A stretch of 58,915 nucleotides of DNA, filler included. It is 6 parts of 6 records of this genome, joined end to end, with 100 filler letters (N's around TTAATTAATTAA, not from the genome) between each part and the next. Parts side by side here need not be neighbours in the genome. Positions count along the whole stretch, not along the records: positions 51,991 to 58,915 come from SRR31147125_20081; 5 more parts are not named here. The stretch is one strand, 5' to 3'. How positions within the stretch are numbered: position 1 is the first letter of the stretch; each line of letters begins with the position of its first letter. Shown piece after piece: positions 54,203-58,915 of the stretch. The translations under genes and the position numbers were made by a program. The notes beneath the pieces were generated by a model that was not told the origin of the DNA, ran no database searches, and saw nothing but the letters and a program-made list of their open reading frames with translations.

Positions 54203-56140
54203 TTAAAATATATTAAAGTCTTCAATTTCTTTCACTATAGTTTCTAAAAGCTCGTTTGCATCAACCGCACCTAAATCACCAACACCTCTTTTTCTTACTG
54301 CAAATGTATTGTCTTCAACTTCTTTATCTCCAACAACCAATATATAAGGTATGCGCTCATTCCTAGCTTCTCTTATCTTATAACCAATCTTTTCGCTTCT
54401 AAAGTCACAAGTTACCCTAACGCCTTTAGCTCTAAACTTCTCTTCCCATTCCCTACACATATCTGCCGCTCTATCTGTAATAGGTAAAAGTCTAACTTGT
54501 TCATAGCACATCCACATAGGCAAAGCCCCTGCATACTTTTCTATTAAAATAGCAAGAGTTCTTTCATAACATCCAAGTGATGCTCTGTGTATAATATATG
54601 GTCTTTGCTTTTCACCATTTTGATCAACGTAGTACATATCGAATCTTTCCGCCAATGCAAAGTCAATTTGTACTGTAAAAAGTGTATCCTCTTTACCGTA
54701 TACGTTTTTAAATTGAACATCCAATTTCGGTCCATAAAAAGCAGCTTCTCCATCTGCCTCATAATATTCAATACCCACATCATCAATAATCTTTCTCATC
54801 ATGTTCTGACTATATTCCCAAGCTTCAGGATCATCAATGTACTTTTCAGTTTTTTTAGGATCCCATTTAGAAAAACGATATGTAACATCATCTTTAAGCC
54901 CAACAGCAGTCATAAGATACATTATTAAATCTAAAACGCCTTTAAATTCATCTTCAATCTGTTCTGGTGTTACAATCAAGTGAGCATCCGATAATGTAAA
55001 TTGTCTTACCCTAATAAGACCATGCATCTCTCCCGATGCTTCGTTTCTAAATAATGTTGCTGTTTCAGAATATCTTAGTGGTAGCTCTCGATAACTATGA
55101 TGTCCTGCTTTATATATCATAAATTGGAAAGGGCATGTCATCGGTCTTAATGCCAATACATCCTCGCCTTTTTCCTCGTCGCCTAAAACAAACATTCCAT
55201 CTCTGTAATGATCCCAGTGACCTGATATTTTATATAGGTCCGATTTTGCCATATAAGGAGTTTTAGTAAACTCGTATCCTCTTCGTTCCTCTTCATCTTC
55301 TACAAATCTTTGAAGAACCTGAATAACCTTTGCCCCTTTAGGCATAATGAGCGGTAAACCTTGACCTACTTCTGGTGCTGTTGTAAAGTACTTAAGCTCT
55401 CTTCCAAGTTTATTATGGTCGCGCTTTTCTGCTTCTTTTAACATCTCTAAGTATTCAAGTATCTCATTTTTCTTTTCAAAAGCTGTACCGTAAATACGCT
55501 GCAGCATTTTATTGTTTTCGTCACCTTTCCAATAAGCACCTGCAGTTTTCATAAGCTTTGCAAACTTTACTTTCCCTGTAGATGCTAAATGAGATCCAGC
55601 ACAAAGGTCTGTAAATTCGCCTTGCTCATAAAAGCTAATTGTCTCACCTTCTGGCAATTCTTCAATAAGTTCAACCTTGTAAGTCTCTCCTTTTGCAGTC
55701 ATAAAGTCTATAGCTTCTTGTCTTTCCATCTCTTTTCTTACTAAAGGAAAGTTTTGAGCTATAATCTTTGTCATCTCTTTTTCTATTTTTTTAAGATCTT
55801 CCGCAGTAAAAGGTTTCTCCACATCAAAATCATAATAATATCCGTTATCAATTGCAGGACCAATAGCAAGCTTTGCATCTGGATATATTCTTTTAACCGC
55901 TTGTGCCAATACATGAGATGCCGTATGACGATGAACCTTTTTACCCTCATCATCCTTAAATGTCAAAATCTCAAGCTCACAAGCCTTATCAAGCACAGTC
56001 GTTATATCACAAACTTCACCATTTATTTTTGCCGCAATAGCAGATTTTTTTAGACCTTGGCTTAAAGAGCCAGCTACATCCAGTGCAGTTTTTCCAGCTT
56101 CGATATTTATAACCGAACCATCTTTTAATGTTATATCCAT
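54203..56140 (-). CDS. thrS: Threonine-tRNA ligase
   Basis: TGS domain, H..SH.LA, DLCAG.H, RDH.KLG, RPMTCP and GLIRVRQF. Confidence 0.97.
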   Translation of the reverse strand: MDITLKDGSVINIEAGKTALDVAGSLSQGLKKSAIAAKINGEVCDITTVLDKACELEILTFKDDEGKKVHRHTASHVLAQAVKRIYPDAKLAIGPAIDNGYYYDFDVEKPFTAEDLKKIEKEMTKIIAQNFPLVRKEMERQEAIDFMTAKGETYKVELIEELPEGETISFYEQGEFTDLCAGSHLASTGKVKFAKLMKTAGAYWKGDENNKMLQRIYGTAFEKKNEILEYLEMLKEAEKRDHNKLGRELKYFTTAPEVGQGLPLIMPKGAKVIQVLQRFVEDEEERRGYEFTKTPYMAKSDLYKISGHWDHYRDGMFVLGDEEKGEDVLALRPMTCPFQFMIYKAGHHSYRELPLRYSETATLFRNEASGEMHGLIRVRQFTLSDAHLIVTPEQIEDEFKGVLDLIMYLMTAVGLKDDVTYRFSKWDPKKTEKYIDDPEAWEYSQNMMRKIIDDVGIEYYEADGEAAFYGPKLDVQFKNVYGKEDTLFTVQIDFALAERFDMYYVDQNGEKQRPYIIHRASLGCYERTLAILIEKYAGALPMWMCYEQVRLLPITDRAADMCREWEEKFRAKGVRVTCDFRSEKIGYKIREARNERIPYILVVGDKEVEDNTFAVRKRGVGDLGAVDANELLETIVKEIEDFNIF

Positions 56141-56194
56141 TTTTGTTTCCTTTCTTTTTTTAAAAATTTTTATATAATTTTGTTTTTATAATAC

Positions 56195-56450
56195 AAAAAA
56201 CGCCCCACTAAAAACACACTGTCTTTAAAGGGACGAGTATAAACGAAATCAACCCGCGGTTCCACCCAAATTTCCACATCACTGTGGACACTTCAAGTAA
56301 CACTATTAAATTTTTTCCTAGAGCGGTAAGGCATATTTATAAGGGTTAAACCAATGACTTTATTTCAGCTAAAAAAGTCTCTCTTTCGTATCTTTAAACC
56401 TTTTATTTAAACAGCCAATCTAGAATCTAAAAAAGCTTTTATAATTCTTC
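56195..56450 (-). promoter_or_regulatory. T-box riboswitch (Thr specifier ACC) upstream of thrS
   Basis: T-box GGGTGGAACCGCG (56255-56267). Stem I carries AGAGA/GCTGA motifs with specifier ACC at 56325-56327. A terminator with a T-run ends near 56195. Confidence 0.9.
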
Positions 56451-56457
56451 TTGCTGT

Positions 56458-56486
56458 ATTATATTAAAAGCAGTTTTAATTGTCAA
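56458..56486 (-). promoter_or_regulatory. Consensus SigA promoter for the T-box/thrS leader
   Basis: Exact TTGACA-17 bp-TATAAT on the minus strand. Confidence 0.88.
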
Positions 56487-56648
56487 CACACAACTGTAAA
56501 TTTTACTCTTTTTATTCAAAGTATATACGCCTTATCATTTAATCTGTAAATAGCAACTATTGTTTAATGAATAAAAATAATGATATAAGTATGTTATAAT
56601 TTATAAGGATGTTTATAAATATTCACTAATGATAGGAAATAATAAGTT

Positions 56649-57392
56649 ATGGATAGTAAAGCTTTTAGATACATAAGAAATATTCAATTAAATAGACAAA
56701 GCGTGCCTTCTTTTGATACGTATCCGTTTTGCTTGGATTCTGTAAATCAGCTGGACGACTTACCCTTAGAAAAAGATGTTACATTTATTATTGGTGAAAA
56801 CGGAAGCGGTAAATCTACTTTACTAGAGGCCATTGCTGTTAATTACGGTTTTAACCCCGAAGGTGGCAGCAAAAATTTTAACTTTACGACCAGTGATACT
56901 CATTCTGAGCTTTACGAACATATAAAGCTAATAAAGGGCGTAAAAAAACCAAAAGACAGTTTCTTTTTACGAGCAGAAAGTTTTTATAATGTTTCTACCA
57001 ATGTGGACGAATTAAATAAAATCGGCTCACCAACTTTATACGATTCCTACGGAGGTAAATCACTTCACAAGCAATCTCATGGGGAATCTTTTATGTCTTT
57101 AGTTTCGCATAGGTTCAGAGGAGACGGTCTGTATATTTTAGACGAACCAGAAGCTGCACTTTCTCCTACAAGACAGTTATCTCTTTTAGGATTAATTGAT
57201 GGGCTTGTAAAGAAAAACTCACAATTTATTATAGCAACACATTCGCCAATAATAATGGCATACCCAAACTCTACCATATACAGCGTGGACGAAGGTTATC
57301 GTAAAATAGAATACGAAGACACTCAGCATTATCAAATTACCAAAATGTTTTTAGATTGCCCAGAGCGTATGCTTAAAAACTTAATAGACTGA
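56649..57392 (+). CDS. ABC/AAA-type ATPase (COG3910-like)
   Basis: Motifs GENGSGKST, SHGESF, LDEPEAALSP and IATHSP; no adjacent permease. Confidence 0.85.
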   Translation: MDSKAFRYIRNIQLNRQSVPSFDTYPFCLDSVNQLDDLPLEKDVTFIIGENGSGKSTLLEAIAVNYGFNPEGGSKNFNFTTSDTHSELYEHIKLIKGVKKPKDSFFLRAESFYNVSTNVDELNKIGSPTLYDSYGGKSLHKQSHGESFMSLVSHRFRGDGLYILDEPEAALSPTRQLSLLGLIDGLVKKNSQFIIATHSPIIMAYPNSTIYSVDEGYRKIEYEDTQHYQITKMFLDCPERMLKNLID

Positions 57393-57515
57393 TATACATT
57401 ATTTTATAATTTCTATTGACACATCATCACTTTACGTTTGTCGTTTAGTTGGATATAAAACTATTTTATATCTCCTTTTCATAATCAAACTACCAATAAT
57501 ATAGGAGACGGACTA

Positions 57516-58199
57516 ATGGAATTAAATAAATTATATGAAATGATCAAAGAAATTGGATGTATGACGTTTTCTACTGTAAACAGTAAAGATGAAGTGCATT
57601 CGAGGATAGCACACTTTAATGGATACGATGAAGATGGTCTTTATTTTAGAACAATGGTAAACAAACCATACTTTAAGCAACTAATGGCTACAGGAAAACT
57701 GACTGTTTGCGGTATGACAGATTCTAGAGTGCTAGGTCATGACGAAGATGGGTCTGCTTCTTTTCCTCCTAGCTATGTAATACGGCTTATTGGTAAAGCA
57801 AAAAATGTTGACGACGATATAATAAAAGAAAAAGCAAGAACAAATAAGATGCTAAAAACTGCTGTGCATGATATGGAGCAATATCCCGCAATGCGCGGAG
57901 CGAACTTTGTTTTATGCGATTTTAAGGGTGAGATTTTTGATGTGGATTTTGAAACTACAACAAGAGACCATAAGTTATATCGTGAAAGATTCGCGTTTGG
58001 TGATGTAGCCTATAACGAAGCTGGACCTAGGATAAACGATAATTGCGTTGGCTGTGGTGCTTGTAAAAAGGCTTGCTCTTTTAAGGCTATTGAGCAACAT
58101 GGAGACAAATGCAAAGTTAATTACAATAAATGCGATGATTGCGGCGATTGTTTAAACGCCTGTAAGTTCAATGCAATCGATGAATCTTTAGAGTTTTAG
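57516..58199 (+). CDS. Pyridoxamine 5'-phosphate oxidase-like flavin-binding domain fused to a 2x[4Fe-4S] ferredoxin
   Basis: FSTV....HSR...GLYF.T...K.Y..QL, then CVGCGACKKAC and CDDCGDCLNAC. Confidence 0.8.
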   Translation: MELNKLYEMIKEIGCMTFSTVNSKDEVHSRIAHFNGYDEDGLYFRTMVNKPYFKQLMATGKLTVCGMTDSRVLGHDEDGSASFPPSYVIRLIGKAKNVDDDIIKEKARTNKMLKTAVHDMEQYPAMRGANFVLCDFKGEIFDVDFETTTRDHKLYRERFAFGDVAYNEAGPRINDNCVGCGACKKACSFKAIEQHGDKCKVNYNKCDDCGDCLNACKFNAIDESLEF

Positions 58200-58301
58200 T
58201 ATAATAGAAAAACAAACATTGCTAATACAAAAATATTGTGTAAATGCATGGCTTTTTAATATATAATTTAACATAGATACGAAATAATAAGGAGAAAAGA
58301 C

Positions 58302-58868
58302 ATGGATCTACTAAATGGTGTTAAAAACTTTGTTCCATATAATGAGCAAGAGCAAGCTGACCGACTTTTAATTATGAGCATACTCGAACAAAAAAGCGAT
58401 TCAGTCTTTTTTAGAGAAAACAAAACTATGCATATGACTGCATCCGCATGGATAGTAAACAAACAAAGAACAAAAGCATTAATGGCCTATCATAAAATAT
58501 ATAATTCTTGGGCTTGGCTAGGCGGACATGCAGATGGACAGACCGATTTACATAAAGTAATTTTACAAGAGATTTCGGAAAAGAGCGGACTAACCGAAGT
58601 TTCATTTATTAAGGATTCAATTTACTCTCTAGAAATTTTGACGGTTGATGGTCACGAAAAAAATGGTCAGTATGTCCCATCTCATTTACATATTAACATC
58701 ACATATTTGATCGAAGCAGATGAGAGTTTGCCGATTAGAATTAATGCAAATGAAAATGAAAAAATTGCATGGATTGAACTAGATGAGGTTACTTCATATT
58801 CTACTGAAGATTGGTTTAACAAGCATATTTACAACAAACTAAACAGTAAATTAAAATCTATATCATGA
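58302..58868 (+). CDS. NUDIX hydrolase
   Basis: H.TASAW, GGHADG.......EI.E.SGL and H.H...YL. Confidence 0.85.
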   Translation: MDLLNGVKNFVPYNEQEQADRLLIMSILEQKSDSVFFRENKTMHMTASAWIVNKQRTKALMAYHKIYNSWAWLGGHADGQTDLHKVILQEISEKSGLTEVSFIKDSIYSLEILTVDGHEKNGQYVPSHLHINITYLIEADESLPIRINANENEKIAWIELDEVTSYSTEDWFNKHIYNKLNSKLKSIS

Positions 58869-58881
58869 ATATTTGATACAT

Positions 58882-58915
58882 AAAAAGCAGTATTGTAACA
58901 ATTACTAATACTGCT
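58882..58915 (+). terminator. Probable terminator at the window end
   Basis: AGCAGTATT/AATACTGCT inverted repeat after the Nudix stop; the tail is cut off. Confidence 0.5.

Noticed and set aside
1-58915. CRISPR array, tRNA/rRNA genes, transposase, integrase or prophage
   Set aside because: I saw no regularly spaced direct repeats, cloverleafs, rRNA-like stretches or mobile-element proteins by eye.

Overview
The window is not one replicon. It is six unrelated contigs joined by five artificial 100-bp linkers (N44-TTAATTAATTAA-N44). (1) 1-15448, AT-rich and Acholeplasma/Mollicutes-like by inference: adhE end, a 6S-like ncRNA, M42 peptidase, rsmD, yneF, plsY, a parE-parC-uridine kinase-degenerate Fic operon, a stand-alone EF-Ts-like gene and a partial Cache/PAS sensor. 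(2) 15549-27830, Bacteroidales: tex, yaaA, two T9SS cargo proteins, a MacB/LolD-type ABC pair, an amidase and a TonB-like protein. (3) 27931-39906, higher GC and taxon unknown: MarR, an Ig-domain lipoprotein Na/Pi cotransporter, hemB, an AT-rich DUF262-DUF1524 (GmrSD-like) gene, a small QDEIDALL protein, lysS, a degenerate PAS-GGDEF-EAL protein and an Fe-ADH. (4) 40007-45380, Bacteroidales: ECF sigma, FecR and SusC with a probable antisense sRNA. (5) 45481-51890: acetylase-type DAP/lysine operon. (6) 51991-58915, Clostridia-like: plsC, pgeF, nrdR, ylmC, thrS with T-box, an ATPase, a flavin/4Fe-4S protein and a Nudix hydrolase. About 12 genes are split by 1-bp indels, mostly in homopolymers and probably sequencing errors. 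The best novelty candidates are the catalytically dead Fic-HTH gene inside the topoisomerase IV operon, the Ig-lipoprotein phosphate transporter, the compact 6S-like RNA and the stand-alone CheY-P-binding-motif protein. All calls come from motif recognition by eye; no searches were run.
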